Part shown: piece by piece, positions 11,593 to 23,501 of the stretch | Layout: every line of letters begins with the position of its first letter | How positions within the stretch are numbered: the stretch's first letter is position 1 | DNA from: Gekko japonicus | Taxonomy: Eukaryota | DNA length: 64,000 nucleotides | Assembly (NCBI RefSeq): GCF_001447785.1 | Contig: NW_015170887.1 | Location: forward strand, 3,395,461 to 3,459,460 | Reading direction: 5' to 3' | Made by a program: the position numbers and the translations under genes | Notes under the pieces: model-generated | The model's database searches: none | What the model saw: the letters and a program-made list of their open reading frames with translations, nothing else | What the model was told of the DNA's origin: nothing

Positions 11593-12850
11593 ATTGTTCA
11601 CTGTGTGATCACTTGTTGGGCTTGATCCCTGGAGGTATCCTGGACCCCTAAAATTCCCCTGTAAAACTTTTTCAGTTTCTCTGAAGATTCTGTGGGCATG
11701 TAGGGTACTCACGCATCACTGGTCTTGCGAAATGTTCTGACGGAATAAATTTATGATCTATTTACAATTAGACTCCTTTCTGCAGGGAGTATAAAATATA
11801 ATATTGTACATAATTAATGTCAGGGATCTTAAGGTAGGATGCAGAGGAAAGGGTGTCACTCTTTTCCACCAGGGGCTGAAGACTTTGTTTTGTTTGGTGC
11901 TCCCGCAATGATCCCACCTTTGTGCCTTGTTTTAATTTGCTGTATTTTTGCTTTATATGTGTGTTTTTAGCTCTGCTCAGGCAGAAAGGCAGGATATAAT
12001 TATTATAAATCAATCAATAATAAATCAATTAATCAATCAATATTGGCCTAGCCCCTGGGTTGAACCTCATTGCTGCCTTGCTCGAGTGGTTGTCATGCCC
12101 TCTACTGTGAGTCTTCAAGGTCATTCCCCGTCCTGCTACTTGAGGTCCTTTACCTAGAGGGTTAAACCTGGGGGGCTTATGCATGTAAAGCATGCGCTGT
12201 ACCACTGAGGTATGGTCCTGAGCTTTCCCTAGTGTTCTTTGTGACATACTGTAATCCAGATCATTACAGCATGCATTCTTCTCTGATACAGACCAATATT
12301 CAAACAGTATTTGAACGATTAAAATCTTTGGGACAATTGTACACCAATGTGTTGTGGTTGTACCAATAATTGTGTAATTACACAGAGGTGTGCCAGTGTC
12401 TAAGTCATCATGAAACATAGACTGGTGCAGTCATAGCATGAGCTGATGAAGTGGACAAAAAACTCCAGCAACAGGGTTGCTCTGCACCACGCCTTTCTTG
12501 ATTGAAGAGATACAGTTTGTCCTTCTTCCCAAATCTTCCTGCACCAGACTGCCAGACTGAAGTAAAAATAGCCTTTTGAAGTTCCTGCATCATCACAGAG
12601 GACCGGGCTGAATGTCCTTCATATGTCTTCTAGTCTATCAGCTTTATGATTCTGTGAATACACTGTCTGACAGGTTTGGTAGAGGGCAGTAAAGTCCTGT
12701 AGGACAAGCTCTCCCTGTCACGGTTTTATCTTCTCTGAACTCCTTGTTCTGTAACAAAGCCTTCACCTTTCACCAGGATTCAAACCACAAAAAAACACGA
12801 CTTGTGTTACATTTGGGACCACTGGTTGATATGATTTCTTCTTCCTTCAG

Positions 12851-13234
12851 GTACCATATCAGTGAACAGCAGACGGACACCATTCACTGCTAGTGGAGAA
12901 AGTGAAATCCTAGATCTAGAAGGGGACATGTACCTGGGAGGTCTGCCTGAAAATCGGGCAGGCCTTGTGCTTCCTACTGAACTCTGGACAGCCATGCTGA
13001 ACTATGGCTACGTGGGCTGCATCCGAGACCTCTTCATTGATGGGAGGAGCAAGAACATCCGGCAGCTGGCAGAGCAGCAGAATGCTGCTGGGGTCAAATC
13101 TTCCTGCTCACGGCTGAACACCAAGCACTGTGACAGCTACCCCTGTAAGAACAACGCTGTCTGTAAGGATGGCTGGAACCGCTTCATTTGTGACTGTACT
13201 GGTACCGGCTACTGGGGGAGAACATGTGAGCGGG
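12851..13234 (+). CDS. NRXN3: Alpha-neurexin-3 internal coding exon (384 nt; C-terminal LNS3 plus EGF2)
   Basis: Acceptor tttcttcttccttcag|GT and donor CGGG|gtaagt. Phase-compatible with the upstream exon (G|GT = Gly). Translates [38 protein letters not shown]...[35 protein letters not shown]. Confidence 0.97.
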
Positions 13235-13314
13235 GTAAGTCCAATTTCTTGAGAGATCTTGTGTACTAAGCTGCACTTTATGGCTTTTTCTCCCCCATCC
13301 AGCCTCAGCCAACT

Positions 13315-13470
13315 TAGGGTATTCAAAGCAAGAGACATTCAAAGGTGGTCTGCCATTGCCTGCCTCTGTGTAGCAGTCCTGGTGTTCCTTTGTGGTCTCC
13401 CAGCTAAATACTGATCAGGGCTGACCCTGCTTAGCTTCCAAGATCTGAAAAGATTGGGCTAGCCTGGGCA
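13315..13470 (-). mobile_element. 5S-derived SINE with Sauria/BovB-type tail
   Basis: ccctgcttagcttccaagatctga (5S box A region, reverse complement) preceded by caaagcaagagacattcaaaggtgg tail. Confidence 0.75.
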
Positions 13471-13600
13471 TTAGTTTAGCTCAAATGCGCCTGCAAATTG
13501 TGGCTCTTGGTAACTTATCCCAGTAGCCATTCTATAAAATGTTTCTGTACGATGGAGCATACTGGCTATGCATGCAACTCCCCAAAATCCCACTCAGGGC

Positions 13601-13746
13601 CAATGCTCCCTCTAAGCTGTGGAGTCTTGTGAGCAAAAATTCTACTTTGTGAGCTACTGGCATTAAAGTTGTGATCAAGCAAGTTGGCTACTGCATAAAT
13701 TAGTTTGCTCTGGAGCCATCCTTCCTGAGCTAAGACAAAAATGTGT
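13601..13746. mobile_element. Truncated copy of the 206-bp CAGTGTTCCCTCTAAG hAT MITE
   Basis: Starts caatgctccctctaagctg, nearly identical to 49575 onward; cut off by an RTE fragment. Confidence 0.8.
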
Positions 13747-13899
13747 GTTGTTGTTCAGTCACATAGTCGAGTCCAACTCTTCACAACGCCATGGACCACA
13801 TCACGCCATGCCCTCCTGTCTTCCGTCGTGCTCCGAAGTTTGCTTAATTTCATGTTCGTTGCCTCGATAACACTGTCTAACCATCTCATCCTTTGCCGT
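13747..13899 (-). mobile_element. RTE/BovB-like LINE 3' end
   Basis: gttgttcagtc...gtcgagtccaactcttcacaacgccatggac...aaccatctcatcctttgccgt, the reverse complement of a BovB/RTE 3' terminus. Confidence 0.75.
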
Positions 13900-13911
13900 A
13901 GGGTTGGGGAC

Positions 13912-14118
13912 CAGTGTTCCCTCTAAGCTGAGTTAGTGTGAGCTAGCTCACCATTTTTTTAGCCTCCAGCTCACACATTTTTGCCTTAGCTCGGGAAGGA
14001 TGGCTCCAGAGCAAACTAATTTATGCAGGAGCCAAGTTCCTCGCTCACAACTTTAATGCCAGTATCTCACAAAGTAGAATTTTTACTCACAAGATTCCAC
14101 TGCTTAGAGGGAGCATTG
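13912..14118. mobile_element. hAT MITE (about 207 bp)
   Basis: TIRs cagtgttccctctaagc / gcttagagggagcattg; perfect 8-bp TSD ttggggac. Confidence 0.92.
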
Positions 14119-15128
14119 TTGGGGACAGGTCATGGTTGGGTTAGGCGTGACACTGGCATGACAAAAGAGTTTCCATTGATTCCTAGAGCTACCTTCCATC
14201 ACTTCCAGGGCAACACTGGTGACACTGTCAGTTTGGAGCATTAGTGGGTAATAGGAGCTTGAGGCAAGGTATCTCTCACCCCTACAGGAGGCTTGGCAGA
14301 CCTAAGAGGAAGGCATATTCATGGTGCTGTGCCATACATAGGGAGAAGAGTGATGAACACATGATCTGATATGGGCCATTGTGGGGAAGTTATTTTCTGT
14401 TTGAAGAAAATCCATGTTTCTCACACTAAACCTGAAAGTAAAGATTAGATTGAAAATAATAGGTTCTAGTCGTGGATTGCTGTATAGATGGAAGAGGTCC
14501 ATGTGTTAATTTTTCATAAACTGGGAACTTGTGAAGCAGTGAATGTGCTTATTTACAGTAGTCTCAAACAATTCTATGGTAGTGTTTGTAAAAGTATGCA
14601 GGGATTGTTTTAATGTAGTCTCTAGGATGGAAGACAAAGTATACTTTGTACCTTTCTAAGTATAGTTCCTCTAATAACCCAGATCTCTGTTTGGGTGTAT
14701 AGTCCAAATTAATCAAGGTAGACTTGTGCCAAGGGCAAATCTGTAAGAGACTGAGCTTTGCTGGGTACAGTGGATGTCACACCACCATTTCCTCATTGTC
14801 TGTTCTGACTGTTCATTTAAAGGTGTCTGATTGGGGATATATGAGGCACAATTATTGCAGGTGCAGGCAGCCAAGACACATCTATTCTTGACCAAATGAG
14901 AAGAAGCTTAGTAAATGCAAGACATTTGATCTATACACTGTTCAAATTCCAGACGGTCCCATTAATTGTCATCCCCATATTGTCATGCCGTGCTCAGAAT
15001 GAACTGAGAGTTTAACACACACACACACACACTCAAACCAAATAAGTGGCACAAGGCCTTTTTAATGAAGAAAACAGAATTTTCCAATTTCCTTTTTTTC
15101 CTGTGACAACTTTATTGACAATATCCTA

Positions 15129-15420
15129 TAGGGTTGCCAAATGGCACTCACCTCCTTGGCGGGGGACTCCCGGGCAGCTCCTAGTGCGCGTGTGATGTCA
15201 TGACACCGGGCACGCTGGGGGACGGGGCCACAGCCATTTGAAGGGAAAACATAGAGTTTTCCCCTCAAATGGCTGTGGCCCCGCCCCCAGCGTGCGACGT
15301 CACATCCGGGTGACGTGCACGCGGGGGTGGGGTTTCCCCCGGGGCCCAATTCTGCGGGGGCGGAAATCAGGCCTCCAAAGCAGGGAGAAATCCGCCCCCC
15401 GGGGGGATTTGGCAGCCCTA
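15129..15420. mobile_element. Young CpG-rich hAT MITE (TAGGGTTGCC family)
   Basis: Ends tagggttgcca / tggcagcccta; perfect 8-bp TSD atatccta. Confidence 0.92.
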
Positions 15421-15899
15421 ATATCCTAGGTTGCTCTCTCTGTCTCTCCCCCCCCTTATAACTTTATAGTGTGGTACAAAGACAAAGCTCATGCAAAAAA
15501 AGACAGACCTATTTGAGTGAATTATGTCTTTTTCTCAGGATATGGTGTGGAATTATGGGAGCCACCCTGGCCCAGTGGGTTGACATTTTCAGTCCATCAG
15601 TCCAACTGGTAGGCTGCTGTTTTTAAGACAATCTGGCAGGAAGGACAAAGAATGACTGAGTGAGAGGCAGAGCTGACCATTTCAGCCTTCCTGTTGCTAT
15701 GGTGCTGCTACAGACTGCCTCTTTTGCCTCTGTGAGAGCTACTGAAATTTCCCAGCCTGTTCGACTAAGTAATGGTATTGTTGCACTTTGAGCAGAAGAA
15801 GTTGAAAGTGGACTTCTCTGCTGAGAAAGTTCACACCAATAACATTCAGGGTGTTTTTTAAAAAGGAAATAGAACATTCAGTCAGTGAATGTTTCAGGT

Positions 15900-17147
15900 A
15901 AGCCTTTGTGTGTTCTGTTCATTAATGATTTAAAGTTGGGAGTAAGCAGTGAAGTGACTAAATTTGCGGATGACAAGAAATTGTTCAGGGTGGTGAGAAC
16001 CAGGAAGGATTGTGGGGCACTCCAAAGGAATCTGTTGAGGATGGGTGAGTGGGCAACAACATGGCAAATGGGGTTCAATGTGGCCAAGTGCAAAGTGATG
16101 CACATTAGGGGCCAGAAATCCTAACTACCCTGTTTCCCCAAAAATAAGACCTACCCCAAAAATAAGCCCTAGCAGGATTTCTATGCATTTGTGGTATAAT
16201 CCCTAGTGTGTCTTCTTGAGAAAAAATAAATATAAGACAGTGTCTTATTTTCGGGGAAACACAGTACAAATACACGTTGGTGGGGTCTGAACTGGCAGAG
16301 ACTGACCAAGCGAGAGATCTTGGAGTCATAGTAGATAACTCACTGAAAATGTTGAGACAGCATGTAACTACAATTAAAAAGGCCAACACTATGCTGGGGA
16401 TTATCAGGAAGGGAATTGAAAACAAATCAGCCAGTATCCTAATGCCCCTGTATAAATCGATGATGCAACCTCATTTGGAGTACTGTGTACAGTTCTGGTC
16501 ACCACACCTCAAAAAGGATATTATAGCACTGGAAAAAGTGCAGAAAAGGGCAACTAGAATGATAAAAGGGTTGGNNNNNNNNNNNNNNNNNNNNNNNNNN
16601 NNNNNNNNNNNNNNNNNNNNNNNNNNNNNNNNNNNNNNTAAAACACTTGGGGCTCTTTAGCTTGAAGAAAAACGACGGCTCAGGGGTGACAAGATTGAAG
16701 TTTATAAGAGTATGCATGGTATAGAGCAGGTAGAGAAAGTACTTTTCTCCCTTTCTCACAATACAAGAAACTTGTGGACACTCAATGAAATTGCTGAGCA
16801 GTCAGGTTAGAACGGATAAAAGGAACTACTTCTTCACCCAAAGAGTGATTAACACATGGAATTCACTGCCACGGGAGGTGATGGCAGCTACAAGCATGGA
16901 CGGGAATTGGATAAATATATGGAGCAGAGATCCATCAGTGGCTATTAGCCACAAGGTATAGATAGGAACCCTCAGTCTGGGGCAAGTGATGCTCTGTATT
17001 CTTGGTGCTGAGGGGGCAACAGTGGGAGAGCTGGCCCCACTGCAGGACCTCCTGATGGCACCTGGTATTTTTGGCCACTGTGTGACAGTGTTGGACTGGA
17101 TTGGCCATTGGCCTGATCCAGCATTGGCTTCTCTTATGTTCTTATGT
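15900..17147 (+). mobile_element. 5'-truncated CR1 LINE (RT C-terminus plus 3' UTR), with a gap and a nested MITE
   Basis: LFINDL...KFADD, FNVAKCKVMH, RDLGVIVD, LEYCVQFWSPHLKKD...LEKVQKRATRMI; tail cttatgttcttatgttct. Confidence 0.93.
16126..16266. mobile_element. Tc1/mariner (pogo/Tigger-like) MITE inserted in CR1
   Basis: TIRs taccctgtttccccaaaaataagac / gtcttattttcggggaaacacagta with TA at both ends. Confidence 0.8.
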
Positions 17148-18723
17148 TCTTGGGTTGTTGGCCTGTGTAGCATATTAGGGAAAGGCAAAAAGGAATATGC
17201 CTTCATGATGTTTGCCAAGTTGGCATCTCTTTCTGTTATTTTTGTCTGCAGGTATCAAAGCTGTGTGTGGACCTTACTAAGAGGCAAATGGGCAGGCTTA
17301 CAACTGTAGGCCAAGGTCTGACAGGCTGAAGACTGTTAGTCTGGTGCCACAGAGGGTGGGTCAGCAGCTTTCCCTCAGCAATGAGTTATTCAATCCAAAG
17401 CAAGGCAGCTGTGGTGGGATGTTTATATGAATGGTCCTCTGACCAGAAGCCCAAGTGGTGTATCAGACTACTGACTGATACACAGCTCCCAGTTTAAACT
17501 GAGTGGAACCCAACTGTCTGTTTTGTTGATGATCTAGCCCAATCCAGAGGGAAAAGCTATCAAGAGACCGTTTTGTCTTGTTTCTGTAGCGTGTGATCTA
17601 GATGGACAGGTTGACACCCACATAATGTGGAATGCTCCCTATCAAGAGCTGTGTCCCCCAGCTTTCCTGCAATATTGTATTAATTTTATATTATCATTTA
17701 CAGTTTCCCTGTAAATCTTTGGAATTATAGTTAAGTGCTGGGGCCACCTGGGTTAAGTGAAGGTACTGAGAATTTTGAAAGAGAATCCTCATTTATTCAT
17801 AGAACTACAGTCCCAGAGGATTTCCTGAGGTTTAACCCTGTAATATACATCCTCCAATAAAATAAGAAGGAGTAAAGAATTCATGAAATCCTAATCAGAA
17901 CACAGAATAGATTAATAAATCACTTAGACGAAGTATCACTCCATACCATTCTTCTTCGTCATGTGAATCCTCCAGTATTAGTTAAGGCTAAATATTTAGG
18001 TAACAGTCTTGCTCCCAGATGTTTATTCTTATTCCACTGAAGTCAAGATGTTTATGCAACCATAAGTGGCCATGGAAATATAGCCTAAGGGATTAACCAC
18101 TAGGCAGACTGCTTTGAACATTTCAATAATTTTAAGTTGCTTGAAGCACAGTTGCCCAGTGTATTATAAAAGAAATCAAGGACTTCAGAGCATGCACAGT
18201 AGCAAGCTCACATGCATTCAGTAACAAAAAGCTGATTCATTAAGCAATCGCTTCAGAATTACCTTTCTCTATCAGACCAACAAGGTCCATGTAGCCCATC
18301 TGTTTCCAAGAGTGGTCTGCCAAATGCTTTTGGAAGCACACAAGAGGGGCAACAAGGTGATGGCTGTCCTCCACTGCATGTGTCCAATCTGATATTACAA
18401 ATGTACTGTCTCTGTTAGGATGATAATGAATTAGCCATGGATAGTAGTCATTAATCTGTCCTCTGTGGATTTGCTTAATTCCATTTAAAAAATGCAGTCT
18501 CAATTTGTGATCATTCATCACCTAAACTCAAGACACTGAATTCTGTGCTAGCTATTCGTTGTATGAAGTAGTGTTTTCTTTAGTCAGTCCTGAACTTATC
18601 TGAAACCAACTCAACTGGATGACCCCAAGTTCTAACATTCTGACAAAAGATCAAGAACCACTTCCCTTCTCTGGGATAAAAATAAACATTTGTATTGGGC
18701 TTGTATTTTTGTCTACTAGGGTT

Positions 18724-19003
18724 TATTGTGTAGTGGGAAGCCGCATGGATCGACGACAGACAACGACGTGGTGCATAGCACGCTTTATTAGGCACACAAC
18801 AAGACATGCAGACAAACGGCCGGCAGGCCAACTATATACACACCTGGGGACCACCGCTTGGTCACCATAGGTGGGTTTGAATCTCCCGCCATGGCTCCCA
18901 TTGGTTCCCCGGTGGAGGGACTAGGATCCTAGTCCCCATTGTCTTCCCAGACTGAAGCTCAGGTATGTGCGCTGACCTCCGGTGGCGGTCAGTGGACACA
19001 ACA
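18724..19003 (-). mobile_element. Solo LTR (Gypsy-like), 280 bp
   Basis: Termini tattgtgt / acacaaca, 4-bp TSD ggtt. On the minus strand CCAAT, TATA and AATAAA occur in the expected order. CpG-rich. Confidence 0.75.
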
Positions 19004-21904
19004 GGTTTTAAAACAGCCTGGAGGAAAATGGCGCAAAGGGAAGAATTAACCTCACCTTCCCCAGTGCCATGGTTCCAATCCATTTTCTCTAAATAATATA
19101 TATCACTCCCCCCTCCATGAATGCACGAATGCTTTGCAATGGGCTAAATCACACTTCTGATGTTTCAGTCATAGAGTTGCAGCATCTTGTGTATTTATAC
19201 CCTGGGAGAAGCAGGATGCATCAATCAGTAAACTGGGGAAAATTCTCTCATCCAAACTCTGAATTGGTCTACCAAAGCCAATATTGTTTATATACTATCT
19301 GGCACTAGCTCTCCAGGGTCTTATGCAGCATTCTTTCACATCATCTACTACTTCATTATTTGAACTGGAGTTGCCAGGGATTGAACCTGAGACTTTCTGC
19401 AAGCAAAGCAGATGCTGTGCCACTGACCCACAGTCCCTCTGCAACCTATGTCAGGGTTCTTAGTCCTCTCTCTGACAACTCCTTTTATGGCTATGCAGAT
19501 ATATGTTTCTGTGGAAGATCATTTGATCATGGGGACCCCTATTCACATCTTGCCCCAGGTTTAAGCTTGCAATCTCTGTGAGAACCAGTCCCAAACTTTA
19601 TCTTGCAAATTTTCATTGATACACTGATATCCAAGGGGGCCTAAATGGGAGTAAACAAATTATGGATTATCAAGCAGGATGGAGAATTCTTGTTTTTGGA
19701 GGGCCAGAGATAGATATGTGTGAGAGAATGCATACCTGTTTTGGTTTTTGATGCCACTATTTAAAAAAAAAACAACAACACAAAAGGGACCTAAAATGAG
19801 AAAACAGCAAGTCTTTATCCACCACACAAAGTGATGTCAGTTTGGTTAAGGCAAAATTAGGATGGCTGAGATGCTGTGCAGGGTAACCGAAGGTGAGAGG
19901 AGAGGGCTGGTATACAGACAGATGGGTTCAGAGAGGCATTAAAAGTTCTTCTGACTTTGAGGGAGTAATTAGCATTTTCTATGCCTTTTGCTAAGAGTCT
20001 GGCAGCAGCTGCAGCATTAGATGAACACAGTCGCTGAGCTAATGAGAGAACTCTGCAGATGGAGAGAAAGATCTGGCTATTGGAGAACGATGTGCTTCTC
20101 TGCTCTGATGCAAAACCACCTTCTCCTAGGCTGCCACCTTTCCTGAAAACAAACTCCAGGCACTCAGCAATCTGAAGCATGGAAGGTGCACTGTGTTCAG
20201 ATTAGTCACATTAACTGATGGATCCATGTCACAAATGCCAGTCACTGAAGAAAGTATAACTTGCTTTGGTTGGTATTCATAGTCTTATTTGTTTAGATAT
20301 TTATGCCTTGCTTTTCTTCCCAAAGGGGACCAAAAGTGGCTTTCAATGCTGTTCTCCCTTCCTCCATGTTATCCTCACAATAACAATTCTGTGAGGGAAG
20401 TTAGGCTGAGCATGTGTGATTAGGCCGAGGTCACTCCCAGTGAGCTTCTATGGGCCCAGGTCTCCCAGATCCTTGCCTGATCCTCTAACCACTACACCAT
20501 TCTGTGGCTCTCTTCCTTGGCATCTCTTCTTAGGGTTCCCAGGCCCTTCCCAGTCCCCGGTGGGGGACTTTGGGGGTCATTTCAGGAGGGGGTGGGGACA
20601 TCTCCAATGTGATGACATCACACAAATGTGACATCATCACATTGGGGACTGGTGCCCTGCCCCCATGCACCTGTTCTCCAAGCAGCTGCTTGTTACGTGC
20701 TCTGGTCGATCAGTTGGAGGACCCTTTAAATCTCACAGGAGGGAAGGGAGGGGGTGGCTGCTGGTCGGGGTGCGGCTTAGGGGTGGGCTTCCCTGCCGTC
20801 CAGCTGGCCAGCAGCGGGCAGGAATCCGCCAAACCAGGGGATCCTCCACCTGGGGACCAGCATCCGTATCTTCTCTTCAGCTTCATCCTAAAAAGGGTCA
20901 TTGCATAGATTAGAAAACCCAACGAGAATGGCAGTGGAAACTATGAAGTGGTAAGGGTCTATGGCTTGCCATTATGACCTTTCTTTTCACCCAAGCCAGT
21001 AGATTCTTCAAGTCTATTAAGCAGGCAGTAAAATGGTGAAATACAGTAAATTAGTGTAAAGAATTTTCCTAAGTGAATGTGAGCTTAAATGGCTCCTTTT
21101 AGATTTTCAGGAGAGTTAATAACTGCCTAAAATTTGTAGTGTCTTCGGGGGGGGTGTTAACTACATGGGATTCACACACCGCTCTGGAACCAGGCACATG
21201 GCTATGTATATTCTGTTCTACCAAAAAGACACATTCTATAATTAGAATTTATCAAGTTAAGTATATGTTTGCATAATAGATTTGGCTTCTACAGTTCACG
21301 TTTGGGAAGACCTTATCCACACCACGCCATTGTTTCCTGGCAAGTTGAATCCCCAGCTGATGCTCCAACTTTGTGGCACCCCTTCCACAAAAGGGCATTT
21401 ATTTTGGGGATTTTTTTCTTGTATTAGGATCTGACCTTCTCCTTGTGTTCTGCTCTTCCTTTGAAAAGGGGCTATGCAGCCATGTCATCATATACTCCGT
21501 CAGCAACAAATGGAATCAGCCAATCCTGCAGTCTTGTGGCAGCTGTTTGTTTATTTTTATTTATTTATTAATTCCATTTGTATCCTGCCCTCCCTGCGAA
21601 CAGGCTCAAGGCATCTTACATTAGTCGGTACAAGGTACCATAAAATCCACATAAAAACATTACAGAAAAAAGAAATTTGGGAAACGTGGGGTAAGGGGGC
21701 ACTGACTTTGAATCTTCTCCTGAGGAGGCAAATGGCTCGATCCAGCTGCTAGCTCAGAAGCAGCTCGTCTCTTCTGTTGCTTCCGATCAGGTCTGTGAGA
21801 AATATTATGAATAACAGAGCCAATAATCATCTCTTGACCCTGATAAGAGTGAGGTGAGAGATTCTCTGGCTCCAGCTCTACCATCTCTTCCCCATCTGCC
21901 TCAC

Positions 21905-21961
21905 CTTCCTTCCTTCCTTCCTTCCTTCCTTCCTTCCTTCCTTCCTTCCTTCCTTCCTTCC
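21905..21961. repeat. (CCTT)n microsatellite
   Basis: Direct tandem repeat. Confidence 0.95.
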
Positions 21962-22469
21962 TCTCTGCTACCCATCGCAGCCGCCTGCCTCCAAAGCTAG
22001 CTCAAGCATGCAGTCCAGTACTCCTTTACTCAAGACACAGAAGTCCCATTGAAGTCAGAGGCTGCTGAGATTTTATTGTTTGCGTGTACGTGCACACGCA
22101 CACACACACACACAAAAGTCTTGAACATTGCAACCACTGAAAAAATGGTGGATGTCTCCGGGACAACCTGGGGTGGGCAGGAGGGCCATAGGCAGGGTGA
22201 ACATGACTGACAACCCAAAATGGTGATGTGGCAGGAAACCAAATTCAAACACTGGAATTCTTCACTGGAAAACTGCAAGTTAATATCTGAAGGGAAAAAA
22301 AACATTGCAGAAAAAAGAAATTTGGAAAACGTGGGGTAAGGGGGCACTGACTTTGAATCTTCTCCTGGGGAGGCAAAAAGTTGTGCAGACAGTTTTGCAT
22401 AGTGGGAGTTTGCTCTTGTGTGGAAATGGTATGGGCCTTCACTAAACATTTCAGCTCAGTTTACAAAAG

Positions 22470-22665
22470 ATGGTGGTGGAAAGTGCCATCATGTTGCAAC
22501 TGACTTATGATGAACCTGTAGGATTTTCAAGGCAAGAGACAGAGGTGGGTTGCCATTGCCTGCCTCTGGGTAGCAACCTTGGACTTCCTTGTTGGTCTCC
22601 CATCCAAGTACTAACCAGGGCCAGCCCTGCTTAGCTTCCAAGATCTGACGAGATCAGGATAGCCA
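22470..22665 (-). mobile_element. 5S-derived SINE with Sauria/BovB-type tail
   Basis: ggtctcccatccaagtactaaccaggg...ccctgcttagcttccaagatctgacgagatcagg, the reverse complement of a 5S-like sequence. Confidence 0.8.
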
Positions 22666-23134
22666 AAGAATGCAACTGAATCATCGGAACAACTGAGTTA
22701 CAATTTCGTCATAGAACTTAAAAGCATAGCAATTGGTTTATTCTTCTGATCAGCTAACAGTAAAAAACTGCAGAACAAGGATACAATCCTAAACAAAACA
22801 GGATACAATCCTAAAAAAAACCAAACCCAGTATAATTTAAACCACAGGAGTTTTCAAAGCTTTAGGCTTCCCATCCCAGTTTCTCTCTTTCTCTTTATAT
22901 CTCATGTCAATTTTATTCTGCGCTGAGAATACTCACCCCCTTTTATTTTGTTTGTATGAAAACTCTCTTTTTTTGCACTGGGGATACTGCCATTTGCCTC
23001 CTCTCTGATACCCCTTTCATGTCAATACCATCAGGGAACTAAGCCTCATTTATTTATTTATTTATCTCATCATATTTCTATACCGACCCTTCCTGAAGGC
23101 TTGGAGCGGTTTACACATATATTTAATCATCTAA

Positions 23135-23501
23135 CTAGGGCCGCATATATTCAGGGGAGATGTATGCCTTACCAGGCACCTTAAGCAGCGTAGATCTTTT
23201 TTCTTTCTGAGGCGGGTCTTGCTGGAACCAAGCGGTAGTGTCTTTTTTCTGGCGGAGGTCTGTTCTATTCGGCTCGGCTCCCCTGGGATGGCCCTCCGTG
23301 GCACGCGGCTGCGCAATGAGTTGCACTGGTCTCTGTCCCACATGCTCTGACCGCGCTTACGTCACCACGCCTCCACACCGCCCGGACCACGCCTCCACGA
23401 GTTGCCTGCCATTTTTGCCGCCGATCCGTGGTCGTGTTCTTTTTCTGCCGGCTTGTTCATTGTTCGCCGCCACTGCTGCCCCTCCAGTATTGGAGGTAGG
23501 A
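23135..23501 (-). mobile_element. Helitron-like non-autonomous element
   Basis: Minus strand reads A^TCCTACC...gcatacat-loop-atatatgc-ggcc-CTAG^T: 5' TC, subterminal hairpin, 3' CTAG, A^T target, no TSD. CpG-rich. Confidence 0.55.

Noticed and set aside
17225-17260. Strong polypyrimidine tract plus CAG|GTATCA (possible recursive site or cryptic exon)
   Set aside because: Weak reconstituted donor and no neurexin-like coding downstream; such motifs are expected by chance in 50 kb.
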